Shown: positions 14,248 to 27,500 of the stretch, in pieces
How the letters are laid out: each line of letters opens with the position of its first letter
Numbering within the stretch: position 1 is the first letter of the stretch
Assembly: GCA_000165425.1 (NCBI GenBank)
Contig: CT868019.1
Location: 62,001-126,000 of the forward strand
DNA: 64,000 bases
DNA from: Paramecium tetraurelia
Lineage: Eukaryota
Direction of reading: 5' to 3'
Made by a program: the position numbers and the translations under genes
The notes under the pieces: generated by a model
The model's database searches: none
What the model was told of the DNA's origin: nothing
The model's input: the letters and a program-made list of their open reading frames with translations, nothing else

Positions 14248-14545
14248 ATGGATCAGCAGCCTGAAAGAGTTTTTGAAATTAAAAAATGGAATGCAGTAGC
14301 ATTGTGGAGTTGGGATATAAAAGTTGACAATTGTGCTATATGCAAAAATCATATAATGGAAAAATGTATTGAATGCGATGCATAAGAAGGATAAGGAGAA
14401 TGTATTGTTGCTTGGGGAACATGTAATCATGTATCAAAGGTTTTTATTTAAGGCGTATCATTTTCATTGCATTGAGAGATGGTTAAAGAATAGATAAACA
14501 TGTCCATTAGATAATCGAAATTGGGAATATTAAAAATATGGATGA
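14248..14545 (+). CDS. RBX1: RING-box protein 1 (cullin-RING E3 ligase subunit), 1 intron
   Basis: [33 protein letters not shown]...VAWGTCNH^[30 protein letters not shown]. Confidence 0.96.
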
Positions 14546-15011
14546 GTGTTATAATATGTATAATTAATTATAGCAATAGTTATTGTTATATATATATTTC
14601 ATTTCTAATTTAAAGACCTAAATAACTTCAAGCCAAGTTTTAAAAATAAACTATTAAAAAAAGAAAATTAATTTGAAGTATTAGAACTTGATTAATTATG
14701 ATAATGAATAAATTTTAATAAATGAATTTGTATTTATGAACTAATATTAAATTGAATTAAAAATTTCTTATATTATTTCGATCCTTATGGAACATGCTAA
14801 AATATAGAAGCTTATAAACATAATCAATTGAAATAAGGTATATTCACTAAGTTCAACTTTGATAACTTAAATTATACAACAATAACTATCTGTTTCAAAT
14901 GAATTAGAAAGTTAAAATAAAAGATGGACAAATTTATTATTTTAATTTTATTCTCTGATTTATGATTTAGAATTATATATTAATGAAAAATAATATGTTA
15001 CAAATAAATAA

Positions 15012-16484
15012 TCATAAAAAGGGTACTAATGGTTCTTAATAAATTTGCAATAGAATTTCATGTTTGCCTCTTATATCCTAATTTTTTATTAGGTACTTGA
15101 TCGCAAATTATAATGAATCGTTACAATCTTAGTTCATTTGTTTTCCAACATATGAAAATTACAAAAAAACATCATTGTTCTTAATGTGAATAGACCCTCT
15201 TTTATTGCATCCTTAAAATATTTCGAATAAGATTCTATAAAAATGATATTTCAATGTCTTGATATTTGAGAGTTGCTACAAATCATAGACCACTGATATT
15301 TTTTTATATAAAAATAGTTATTAAACATGCTATATAAGAGATTCTCATTTATATTCAGAAATATTGAATTTGTTATTTTTTAGTCATTTATAATTTAATA
15401 TTTATTTGTAGCAAATATTTCTTAAGAAGCTTAAGCTTTAACAATCATTACGACTAATCGATTTTTGAAGGTGTTAAAAAAAGAATTAATATAACTTAAA
15501 TTGTGCCTGTTTATATTTAGTTGGACTGGACAAAATTTATTTTGAGTTATTTTTCAAAATATCTTCAGTAAATTAAACTAAAATAATTGGTTGTTAATAA
15601 TAAAAGATTGAATAAGTGATTGGATATTGTATTTTTTTGTTACTGATCATAATAGTGTTTGATCCTTATTCATTGCGAGAGATTTTTTGATTCGATTTAA
15701 AAAAGAAATCTTCCAAACTTTGTGATTGATAAAATGATGTTCGGAGAAAATTCTTGAGTTCATTAGTGTTATTACATTAAAAATTTAGAGATTTTGATAC
15801 CTTATGCTAAAATTCGAGTTTTTCATCATCGAAAGAAAATAATAAGAAAGGTTGATTCACTATTTTGGGCAATATTTTTTCTATTGTAATTAAATAAGAT
15901 ATGATACCCCACAAATTATCTTTTTGGCTCAAGAGAAAATTGCTACGACTCTGAAAATTTAATCTTCTCGAGCAATAACATAAAAATAAAATTAAAATGA
16001 AAGTGGCTCCGTATATATTATAAGAACGTTGCGTATCTATGAAAATTGTATTAATTAGTTTATAGGTGAAAGTAGTGACAATTAAAAAGTATGACTCCAA
16101 AACATCTAATACTAATATTATAAGTATATTGCAAATAGTAAAGCTATTAATAAATAAAGGTAAAGCCTAAAGAGAAATATTCTCCATCAGCACCTATTCG
16201 TAGGCCATCAAGGAGTAGTTGAAAAAAAGTAAGGCAATTTGAATACATGAACTTTTATATTTTACTAACACAAGTGACAAGATAATATAAATTTATGTAG
16301 CTACTATTGCAGGTATATCACTATAGAGTGAATAATAACAATTTAAAATAAGCTTTATTATGCTGATAACCAGCATCCCGAAATGGCCAAACTTAAATAT
16401 AGGCATTCTAAAATGTTAATTTCTCTACGATTAGTATTGTAATTCTGATTAAACATCAAGGAACTTAAGACTATATTTCTTCAT
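15012..16484 (-). CDS. Multi-pass (about 6 TM) membrane protein, paralog of 22435-23914
   Basis: MKKYSLKFLDVQSELQYQ..., hydrophobic block, RSNFLL..W^EKILPKIVNQPFLLFSFDDEKLEF; ends QIYQEPLVPFL-TGA; 3' half not fully frame-checked. Confidence 0.65.
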
Positions 16485-17099
16485 TTATGTTTAGATATGA
16501 AACAAATTAAATGAATTATTATTAATAAAGAGAGTCATAGTACTTTAATTTTTATTGAATTTAGACATGAATATAAAATGATAAAAGCCAATAAATCATG
16601 ATTACATTATTTAGAGAAAGGAAATATTTTATTTCATCAATTAAGTTCTATTAGTTATATATTTAAAGGAATTATTCATTTTATTTCATTAAATTTGAAT
16701 ATTATTCCATAGATATTAATTAGAATTTATTAAGAAAACTGTTTTTTCTACATACATTCTCAATAACCAACTTGAGGGATTTAGAAATAAAATTAATTAA
16801 ATATTTAGTAAGAAACTATATTTAATTAAATTGAACTAAGAATTATTTATTTATGAAATATCTAAATTATATGGAACAGTGAAAGAAAATAAAGTGCAAA
16901 ATTTGGATTTATGCAAGATAGGAAAATATTGAAAGTTTGGCTTAAGAAATTTAACTATTCCGATAACCAGGATGATTAGGGATCTAATAAATTACTCCAG
17001 GGCTTTTGAATTTTCAAATAATTTGATTATAAAACAATAAATTATAGAAATTTACAAATAAACCACCAAATTTAAAAAACTGACAACTATTAAATTTAA

Positions 17100-17642
17100 T
17101 CAAGCAGCTAGAGTTTTCTATCTGAATGTTGTTTTTCTTCTTTTAGATTGATCATTAAATAATTGTGGGTCTTAGATTTTTGTTATTTGATTTTATTCAT
17201 CAATTACAATTAACGATGATTGAAATGTTACTTGTCTCTTGTTGCTATTTATTATTTTTTTTATTTTCCTACTAATGATTTCTATATCTGTATTCTATTA
17301 CTCATCAGTTCTTAGGATTTCTGATTTTCTTAAGTCTTCTTTTGTATTTTTGGGGGATGAGAAATGATTTTTATGAATTGAAGAGTTTTACAGACTTGGC
17401 AAGTGGCATTCACTTTTTGTTATTTATTTATCATTTCCAATAGCAATTCTCCTTCTGGCTGTTTATGGATATAGGTAATCAACATAAATATCCGAGCATT
17501 CTTTTTCTTAAAAAAAGTTAGCTGGCACACTATCGAGATCATTCAAAAATTTTGAGGGTCTAAATTGTTTGTTTAGTGGTTTTTAAAGCTATAAATTTTA
17601 ATTGGGATTTGTAATATCTGCATAGCTAATCTTTTTACTCAT
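17100..17642 (-). CDS. Hypothetical protein with RPSxFLND motif and C-terminal RVxF-like motif
   Basis: MSKKISYADIT...QFRPSKFLNDLDSV...KRQVTFQSSLIVIDE...KTLAA-TGA. Confidence 0.7.
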
Positions 17643-17826
17643 TTTTATAAATAATTATCAATTTATGAGTTTTATGAATAGACAAATTGAATGGGAATTT
17701 ACATTCATATTAATAAAATTTTTAAAAAGAAGGAAAAATAGTAATAAAATACTATTAGATAGATACTCAAGCCAAGCGAAATAAAAATGGTAATTTAAGG
17801 TCAATAAAATGATATTTTGTGATTCT

Positions 17827-18298
17827 TCATTACAATAATTTTTAAACCAACTATTGTTTTTTCTCAGGATCTTAGTTCAATAAAATTCTTCTTCTCTCGA
17901 CATAGTAGTGCACTTAAGCCCAAATGACCTTATAAAAGTCATAAAACTCTTGCATTTTTGTATCAAATTCTTGGTAATCTAAATGTTATTAAGTACTTGA
18001 TACAATATTTTATATCTGCCAATTAAAGTTGAACGTCCATCATTTGATTTACTTTCGTTTCATAAAGTTGTAATTCTCTTGTCAATATCTAAATTTTTGG
18101 GTCGACCTTTTCCTCTAAAAATCTTTTATTTTCAGCAATAAAATTAGATTGCTCATCAATTACTTTATGTGTTCCTGAATATATCGTTTTCATCTTATGC
18201 AAACCATCTTGCAACTTGTTTAATTACGACATCACTTCCTTTTTATCATTCATTATCTATTTCTAAATTAAAGATGATGATAGATTTTCCTGATTCAT
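17827..18298 (-). CDS. Small hypothetical coiled-coil protein, 1 intron
   Basis: MNQENLSSSLIQKQIMNDKKEVMSQLNKLQ...FYKVIWAQVHYYVERRRILL...-TGA. Confidence 0.65.
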
Positions 18299-18468
18299 AT
18301 ATATTAAATTAATAATAACAATAGATATTTTAATGCAATTTTATCAAAAAGATAATATGATAGGGATTAATTAAGAGGAGATCACTTAAATTACATTGAA
18401 TTCTATTTTAGTTAATGGAATCAAATAATTATAAAATAATGAAATTCTTGCTATTTATTTATATTTCA

Positions 18469-20634
18469 TCATATTTTCAAAGATTGATTGGTATAGATTA
18501 AAAGTTAGAATTCTGTCTAAATTTTAAACTATTTCCAAGTGTTTACTTTTTTCTTTTTTGATATTCTGAAGATATTAAACTGGCTGAATATTTAAGAGGT
18601 AAAGCAGAGAAATCAAAGTTAAATTGATTGGAACCTTTAAATGAATGAATTCTGGCACCCTCGCCAAACGAAGTTGAATCTTATGGACTTAGAGATTTGA
18701 TAATTGTAGGAGTTCCTTTGTGTACTTGTCCTTATTAGGATTATCGATAACTTTGCATACAAATAGGAGATTAGAATTTAATGGCAGATTTAATCCGATT
18801 CAGCATTTGTTTTGTAGTTCTAAAAGGATATTGATTAATGTAGAGTTTTTTTTATTTATATTCTTCTTTGCTCAATCTTTATTAAATTGCCATTTCTTCT
18901 ATTTTTTGTGGTGTCAATTTCATAAATGTAGTTACTTTACTTTGCATTTGATCATTTTAATTGTTAAATTTAGCTTTTTAATTTGATTTTCTTTTATCAA
19001 CAATCGAAGGAGAAAACAAATTTTGAGTTGATTTAACAATTTTAGGAGATATTAAAATTGACTTCTATTTATAGTCTTCAGGTTGAGTAGTAGTTTATTA
19101 GTTTGCTGTTATGGTGGGTTATGTTTCTGCAATTATTTTATCATGTTTTGATTAGATTCTTTATTTTCCTTTGGAAGTCTTTTCAAAAGATTTTTCATTG
19201 GTTGTTAAACACTGTGTACTGATAGGTCTATAATTAGCACTTTTCACTCTCCTAATCTGAATCGTTTCTGGAGTGTTAACCAAAAATGGAGATGCTTTTT
19301 TGTCCTTAATCATGATATATATGATACCTCTAATTAAAAATAAGGACAATATCTTAGCATAATTTCCATATCATCATTGATTGTTATTTGGTCTCTAGAT
19401 ATAAAATTCATTTCCTTATCTTTCATAATTATTTATTTGAGATCTTTTGTTTTCTCTACATACTTCTGATAATCAAATTTTAGATCCTGTTATTCTACTT
19501 ATTAGTTTTCTACCCCAGCTTCCAAAGGATATGCATATTTTTATTTCCATTTATTATAATAAACTCTTTTTTCATCTCTAACTCTTTGGATCGCATAAAC
19601 GATATCTGGATAACGTTATTCAATTCTTTTATAATCAATTTTATTTAATTTATATAGCACACCCTCTTGACTTTAACAAATAGCTTTCCATATTCTCTTC
19701 TCTTGATCTAGAAACTCTTCCAATCCAATGGATTCATTTTTTCCTAATATGCATACTTCTGCTTCTCTTTCAAAATAGAATATCTCGTCACTTCCATCCT
19801 TTGTAAATTCTTTCTTGACATTCGAAACCATCTTAAATTCTCCTTCAATAATAAAATATAGACAATCTCCTTTATCCCCTTGCTTATAAATGACATCTCC
19901 ATAATTATAGACTTTTCTCTCCATGATCATAAATAAAGCCTTAATAGCATTTTTTGATAAATCTTTCAACATTACATTGCAACTTAAAGTTTCAAGTAAA
20001 TGCAAAAATTATCTTTAAGCCTTAGTAGACATTATTCGGTCAAATGAATCTTTGTCTAACTCTAGAATGAAGCAATCAGTCATAGCAACAATATCAGCTC
20101 CTCTTGGTTTTCTTTCCTTTTATATTCTAAGAAAGTACCAATAATGCCAATTCACCAAAATATTCCCCATCCTTTAATGTTGTTATTTCTTTCAATTCCT
20201 CATGAAACTTATCTTTCTGTTTCCCTTTTTTTGTTGTAAACGTCCCTATTACAGTTACCACTCTTTTTAGGACTTTGACTTCTCCCTTGATTATGATGTA
20301 GAAAGTATCGCCATAAGTGTCCTGCTTAATGATAACTTGATCTTTGCTATAAATATGCAATCTTGCATTTTCGGCTACGTCTTCTAACATTTCCTCATAA
20401 TGATCAGTAAACTGCTCTTGGAAAAACTTGATATTTCTTAGAGAATCCTTCAATAGTGTGGTTTCTTTGGAGGTACGAAATAAAACTGGTTTTAAGCAAA
20501 TTTCAACGATTTACTAAAAATGATATCAAAATTACTTCGAACGCAGATTTTTGCATCCGTGTTTGGATGTCAACATATTCCAAACTACCAGATCTCTTAC
20601 TTTCAAATTGATCATGTTTTTGTTGAGCTTCCAT
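18469..20634 (-). CDS. Tandem cyclic-nucleotide-binding domain protein with long S/T/Q-rich tail
   Basis: VIIKQDTYGDTFYIIIKGEVKV...FGELALL^ERKPRGADIVA and VIYKQGDKGDCLYFIIEGEF; several introns; 3' end approximate. Confidence 0.85.
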
Positions 20635-20837
20635 ATTTTTAATATAAAATTTTATATTTTCGAAAGCAAATATAGAGTTTCAGAACTTCTGAACAATCGC
20701 ACTTGAATTATAGGATATCTTGATAGTGTTTATTTGAATCATCAACCTAAAAAAAATTGAGAAAATTATTTTGTCATTATTTAACATGCAAATAATTTAT
20801 CCCAATGTCTTATATTTAATTTCAATAATTTAAATTA

Positions 20838-22397
20838 ATGGAATAGTAAGCTGCTGCAACTTAAGAGAAAACTCAAAATTAAACACAAGCACCATCCACT
20901 CAATAACCTTAGGCTCAACCACCAAAACCAAAAACAGTCCTATCAGAAATCAAACTCTAAATCTTATTATTGGAAAAGGCAGTCAGCTCCAAAGACATCA
21001 AAGCAATTCAAAAAGTATCCATCTTCGTTAAAAAATTCAGAAATGTAATACAAACTAATTAATCCTTAGACTGTCAAGTCTCATCATTTGGCCAAGCTCT
21101 ATAATACCTTCTTTCCAAATGTTGTAGTTTAATAAGGAAATGATATCGATGCCAATTTCAACGAAGACTTAGGATTGAATGCTTAAGTTGTCTCAAAATT
21201 AACTAAATTAATCGAAGTGAACGTATTTATTCAATGCCTTTATCTCATTTGGCTCTTCTAATAAAAATAATAGGAATCCTACGAATAGTTAATTGTAATT
21301 GGAAAATAATTGCTTTAATAAGTTCAATAAAATAACAAAAGATATTTAGATACTCTCTTAGGAGTCATCTATGAATACTTATCAAAATCACATGAGAAAT
21401 TAGGCAAACTTGACTAAATCAGAGAGTAATTATTTCTCAATAATATTAAAGTGTCTTATTTGAAGGCTATAGAAATGCTTGTTAAAATAGAGATGAAAAT
21501 GGTTAAGCAATTTTAATAAACTTAATTTTGAGAAACTTCATTCATTATAATTAGTATGAACAGAGTTACAACTTCTTAAAAAAGACAGAATTCCCTGAAC
21601 ATGCTTTTGGAAACTAATAGGCAAGATTTTTGTATTACACTGGACTCATTCATGCCATAAGAGGGGAATATCAAGAGGCCTATAAGAATCTTACTCAAGC
21701 AAGTCATAAAGCTCCAGATAATACAGCTTTTGGATTTAAAGTTTAGGCTATCAAAGTGATTGCTTTAGTTGAATTGTTATTAGGTAATGTCCCAAATAGA
21801 GATACTTTTACTTCCCCTGAATATCAATAGGCTCTTTATCCTTACTATAGAATAGTTTCAACTGTTATCAAAGGTAATTTAGGAGAATTTCAATAAGAAG
21901 TAGCAAGATCAGAAAATATATTAAGAAGAGACAAACTTTTCAATTTAATTTAAAGGTATCTATTTTAAATCATTTATAACTCTAGATTACCATAAATAGT
22001 TATCAAAGCTGGTCTAAGAAGAATCAACTTATCATATTCTAGAATCTCATTAAGTGATATTCATGAAAAGCTTAATCTTCCAGCTTAATGCAATGCTGAA
22101 CAAGTTGTAGCCAAAGCTATCAGAGATGGTACTTTAGCTGCTGTTATCGATCACGAAAATCAAATAGTTATAACTAAAGAAACCAACGATCTTTACGGAA
22201 CTAAAGCTCCTTAAGAAGCTTATGGAGAGAGAATCAATAATTGCTTAGGACTGTACAATCAAGCTGTTAAGGTATTTATTGCCTATAATCATTAGGCTTT
22301 ATAATATTAAAATCCTGAATATGATTACGGAGAAAAGTAAGCTGATGATGAATTAACAACTGATGAATTATTAAGTTTAGCTGAGCTTGACTTTTGA
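20838..22397 (+). CDS. RPN3: 26S proteasome lid subunit RPN3/PSMD3
   Basis: [16 protein letters not shown]...[11 protein letters not shown]...[18 protein letters not shown]...[12 protein letters not shown]...[16 protein letters not shown] (PCI plus Rpn3_C). Confidence 0.94.
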
Positions 22398-22434
22398 GTA
22401 GCATAAAAATGTATAACCACCTAATAATTATAAT

Positions 22435-23914
22435 TCATTTTTAATTTGTGAAATTCACACAAGGTTCTTTGTGCAATTAAATAACCCAAAGATTCTCTTG
22501 CATCTCTGATTTTTCAACTAAGTTATACCAGATTAATTTTAGTGCAGCATCTTTGTCATATTTCATTTCTCTGCCTTCATATGAAATAGTTACTGTTTCC
22601 GAAATTGTCACATCAACTGAACTTTAATTTTTGGTCAATTCAAGTACTTCAAAGATGAGTCGTTTCAATTGAACTACAATAGTTGTTATATTCTAGTTCT
22701 TTGGATTGATGATTTGTAGTCTATTTAGTTTGTAAACAAAAATATCATTCAAAAATAATAATTTTTTGGTATCAAATAATTTTGTTTTCCATTGATATTT
22801 CATAATTTTAAAATCCATAATTTATTTTAAACAGTTATTTCTTATTAACCATAAATTATTTTGTTATTTTGAGATTAACGACATCTGTAAATTTTTATAA
22901 ATTCTTTTTACTAACTACATTCTTAATTCCTCTTATTTTTTAATTGTTCCCTTCAATACAACTTTACAATCATCGACCTTAATAATGGAATCATCAAATT
23001 TGATAATGAATGTAGATGACAAGGATTTCATCATTGAATAGCGGATACTTTACTTAGTTTTATTATCTTTTTATATTTCTATCTTTCTTGAATGAAATTC
23101 ATTAAGACTCTAATTATTATACAAATTAAATAAAACATTCTCTATTGAAAGTTGATTCCAGTGCCATTCCCTTAGAAATTCCTTTAATTACTTAGAATTA
23201 TTGCATTAAAATGGTAGTTTGTTTTGAGATTTAAATATGAACTCCAACTTTTCTTCACTGAATGTAAATATTAAATAGGGAGTATCCACAATTTTTGGAA
23301 AAACACTCTCTAAATATATATATTACTAATATCATACCCCACATATAATCATATTGACTTAAAAGAAAACTAGTTCTATTCAAAACGTTTAGTTTATACG
23401 AAAAAAAGCACATAAAAAACATCAGTATGAGTGTTGTACAATAGATGATATAAGATTTTTAGGTTTCCATCAATATAGTGTAGATTATTTTAAAAGAAAA
23501 TGTTGATAAAATAATTACTAAGGACTCTTTGAATTCTGAAATGAGAATTATAATAACACCGCACATGGTAAAATTGCTTTAGTACAAGGATAAGGCTTAC
23601 GGACTAGTATCAGTTGTAATAATCAGCTCGTAGCCAATTAATAAATATGCTAAAATTATCAGCTAGATGTTTATTTTATGTATGTTGAATCGCAAAAACA
23701 AAAAGGATAGCAATGAATATATTTGGCAACCAATCAATATTGGCATCAAGCCTAATTCATTTTATAGAACCAATGTTATAAGTTTTGAAGTAGCCACTAT
23801 AAATATGCAAGCAGACCCAAATTAAAATACAGGTATACTGATAGTATTAATTCTTGATTTTTGATATTCATCCTCCAATTTTTTGTATTTAAACATTAAT
23901 GTATATTTGTTCAT
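22435..23914 (-). CDS. Multi-pass (about 6 TM) membrane protein, paralog of 15012-16484
   Basis: MNKYTLMFKYKKLEDEYQ..., hydrophobic block, RTSFLL..W^ESVFPKIVDTPYLIFTFSEEKLEF; ends LHKEPCVNFTNQK-TGA. Confidence 0.7.
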
Positions 23915-24449
23915 TCTTAATTTCTTAAGATAAATTAAATAAATTTTATACTTAATTACATCAATAAGCTTTAGAATACTTTTAATCACTCTTAATAAAT
24001 AAATTTAATCTAATCTATAAATAAATTTGAATCATTTGAAAAATATATGGCCATAGAAGTCATAAATTTTTATATTTTTGGGCCACCATTTAGCTCATAT
24101 TATCGAAAGAAATAAGATTAATGTATACTGAACCTTTATTATTATGACTGGTACGAAAGTGATCATAAGAAATTTGAAATTGGTTTAAAGAAATTTAGAA
24201 TATTTATGATACGCTTTAAATTTACTAAATTAATATTTCTTTATATCAGAATTATAAATATTTAGATTTATTATCTAGCCTTTGATTTTATTTATTTAAT
24301 CTTATGAATTTGATAAGATTTGTTTGATTAGGTAATGTCTCATGAAATTACAGAATTTGTAATTTGATGCATTTATAAGAATTTAGCTCGTAACTAATCC
24401 ATGAATCAATAAATATATCAGCCAATTCGAAAATAAAAATTAAGTCTTA

Positions 24450-25228
24450 TCAAATTGGTTTTCTACAAACAGGACATTCTTAAGTCTTTGCCTTCCAAGC
24501 ATCAATACAAGCTTTGTGAAACGAATGAGTGCAATTTAAAGTCTACAAATCTGTTGTTAGTTCTAACATGCATATACTGCATTCTTCTACAGTTTCTAAA
24601 TTCTTGAATTGATTTTCTATGTAAGGTATACAGTCATCTAGATGGTCATTCAGAAAATTTCGAACTATGTGATCACCACAATATGGGCATGAAATTAATC
24701 CATACTCATCATTACATTGATGATCTGCTTACTTTGGTAAAAGGCATGCACTGCAAATTTCCAATGAAAGGTTATTTATCTTCGTGAAGTCTTACTAAAC
24801 TTCTTGAATTTTTATTAAATTAGGCTAGTTCTATTTCTAAAATTCAAAATCTTAATGAATTTTGCCTTTATTTGGAGGTGGCTTTTATTTACTATTGAAT
24901 AGGAAAGGGGGAGAAAAAGGAAAAAGCACTTACTAATTTTATTAATTCTAACAATTTTCCTCTTAATGTAATTCTTTAAGGGATTCCTTTTGTTTATCTA
25001 ACTTTCTCGTAATTATATACTAACTTTATTTCATATTTTATTTAAACTATTGGTACTCCTGATTGTTTTTACTTTTAAAAAATAAGTATGAAATTTATAC
25101 AAATTATCGTGATTTGAATTAACAAATGTAGTATGATTCCTTTTTGACGATTATTTGTTATCTTTAAGAAGATTAAGAAAATTCTAATTAAATTCTTCAT
25201 CATCCTCTACGAATTTGAAAGGTTTCAT
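24450..25228 (-). CDS. RING-H2 finger protein with upstream Zn-finger-like Cys/His cluster (start approximate)
   Basis: CPYCGDH...HLDDC then CSICMLEL...LNCTHSFHKACIDAW...CPVCRKPI-TGA. Confidence 0.8.
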
Positions 25229-26036
25229 AATAATTATAAATAATATGATTTCAATCAATACAAATAATGATATTTAAAATTGCCATAAAAACTTTAGACC
25301 CTTTAACTAAATCCAACAGCACATAAATCTAAAATATCATAAAGTAATTCATAAAATTTTCATTTGCAAAGTAATTCTATTTTATTTTATGAAGGGCAAG
25401 CTGGAAATAAATAACGATTATAGTGTTGTCTTGAAAAAGAGATATAAATTGACCTTCTTTTAAAGTGAAGAATAGAAATCAGGAGATATTTTGTTAAATC
25501 AGTTTAAACTTGTTCCAAAAAAATAATAATTTTTATAATAACCATATAATTCTAATCTATCCTTAAAACTTCATTTTTATAATTATTTCATTTGATTTTA
25601 TTATCTGCATTAAACCATAATTTTTGTGATTATTTGCTATTTATATTTAAATTGTAGCAAATTATTGATTATATATGAGCTAAATTAAATGATTGCTTTA
25701 CAAATGAAGATATTAAGTTGGGAACTGTTATTTCTTATTAACTTTAATTGTATCAGTGGATATTAAGAAATTGGATGTTAAAATTAGCAATGAATGAAAT
25801 ATATCTATTATAGCAGAAAATACTTTACCTTTTTATTCGACCTACTAATCTACTTTAAATCTACAATAAATTCAAATGAATGAAATACTAAAGATATAAT
25901 TCTTAATATTAAGGTTACTTAAAAATAAATTAAGAATTCTATTTTATTAAATGAATTATTGTAAGTGCTCTTGAAGTTGAAATAACCAAATAAAATATTT
26001 CATAGAGTAAAATACATGTAGATAGAATAATCTTCA

Positions 26037-27134
26037 TCAATCACAATTATAATTAGCCAATAATTAGACAAGAGATTTAAATAATTCAGGAATAGTATTT
26101 TAAAAAATTTCTAAAAATGTTGTTTCAGTAACAATGTTTTTATCATGGGTTTGTTTTCGATTGTACATTTCTGATAAATTTCTTGCTTTTTCTTTCATCA
26201 TAGTAATGACCATTTATTTTTGAGGTCTCTGCTTTCCCCTCATCTTAGTTGAGATTGTTGTATTCATCTCAATAGTTCTTCTGATACCCTAACATCTAAG
26301 ATATTTAAAGATGATATCTGCATCTCTTTATGCTGCACCCCCAGATTTGAATAATTCAAATAGATCTCTTGTATTTAAATAGGTTTTAGACAACACGTCA
26401 TAACAACTAAACACAAGTTAGATAATTTCTATAATCGTGAATATTTGATACATTGCTAACTCATCTCCCTAATTTGGAGCAAAAACGATCGATACACTGC
26501 TTAAGTAATTGAATATGGCATCTACATTAGGTTGATTAATCTTAATATGATGGCCTAACAGCCTAATTGATTAGCAAGGTAATTGACTAACTAGGTATTA
26601 ATGATAGCATACTTATGGTTTTGTGATTTCTTAGTAGATGCTGGAACTGCAAAGCTATTTGAAAATCTCTTAGATGAAAGGACTCTCTGGATCTAATGAG
26701 AGATAACCAACTTTAGTTGTTTTTAAGCGATTCTAAAATTATCTATATTTTTAATAAGTATTCTTTCTAGATCTTAATCCTTATGAATCATGTTGACTAT
26801 TGCACATTGAATATTTTTTTATTTGTTGTTAATCTAAAGGGGAGATCTTTGGTAGTTCGTAATATTCAAAGCAATCAGACAATACTTCAATTTTTTCTTT
26901 ATTCTTAATAAGAAACCTAGGATTGTATTCCAATTCTGTTTAGCAAGCCAATTCAACATCATATTTGTTAATTGAATTGGATTCATTACATGAGTATTGA
27001 TTATCCTTTGCCTTTACTCTTGACACCATCATGCTTGAATTAAGTTGTGATCTATCTGCTCTACTTGATCTCCCAGTGACTATTTTTATTTTCTCTTCTA
27101 TGCATCTCTTGAATATATTTGATATATCGTACAT
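26037..27134 (-). CDS. Hypothetical protein, 1 or more introns
   Basis: Long code-6 frame MYDISNIFKRCIEEK...TETTFLEIFQNTIPELFKSLVQLLANYNCD-TGA. Confidence 0.65.
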
Positions 27135-27500
27135 ATTTTAATTATAAATATCAATTCTAAAATAAGAACACTAAAAATAAAAACTTATTGTGAAAATTTG
27201 AAGTTAACAATTAATATTAAAATATATAAAAGGAGTCTTATTGTTTAATTATAATATAATAGGCTATTGGAGATAATGGTTGAATCAAATTTAATATCAA
27301 AATTAAAGAACAAAATTATTTACCTTATTCATTATAGCTCTAATGTAATTGATAAGTTAAAAACAATATATTTATAAATGAATTTGTTCAAATTGATAAT
27401 GAATACATGTAGATTTGAACAATCATCTGTAATTCTTATATTAAAATAGAAAACTGTCAAATGAAATTTGTGACATAAAATTTTTGAATGAAATAAACAA

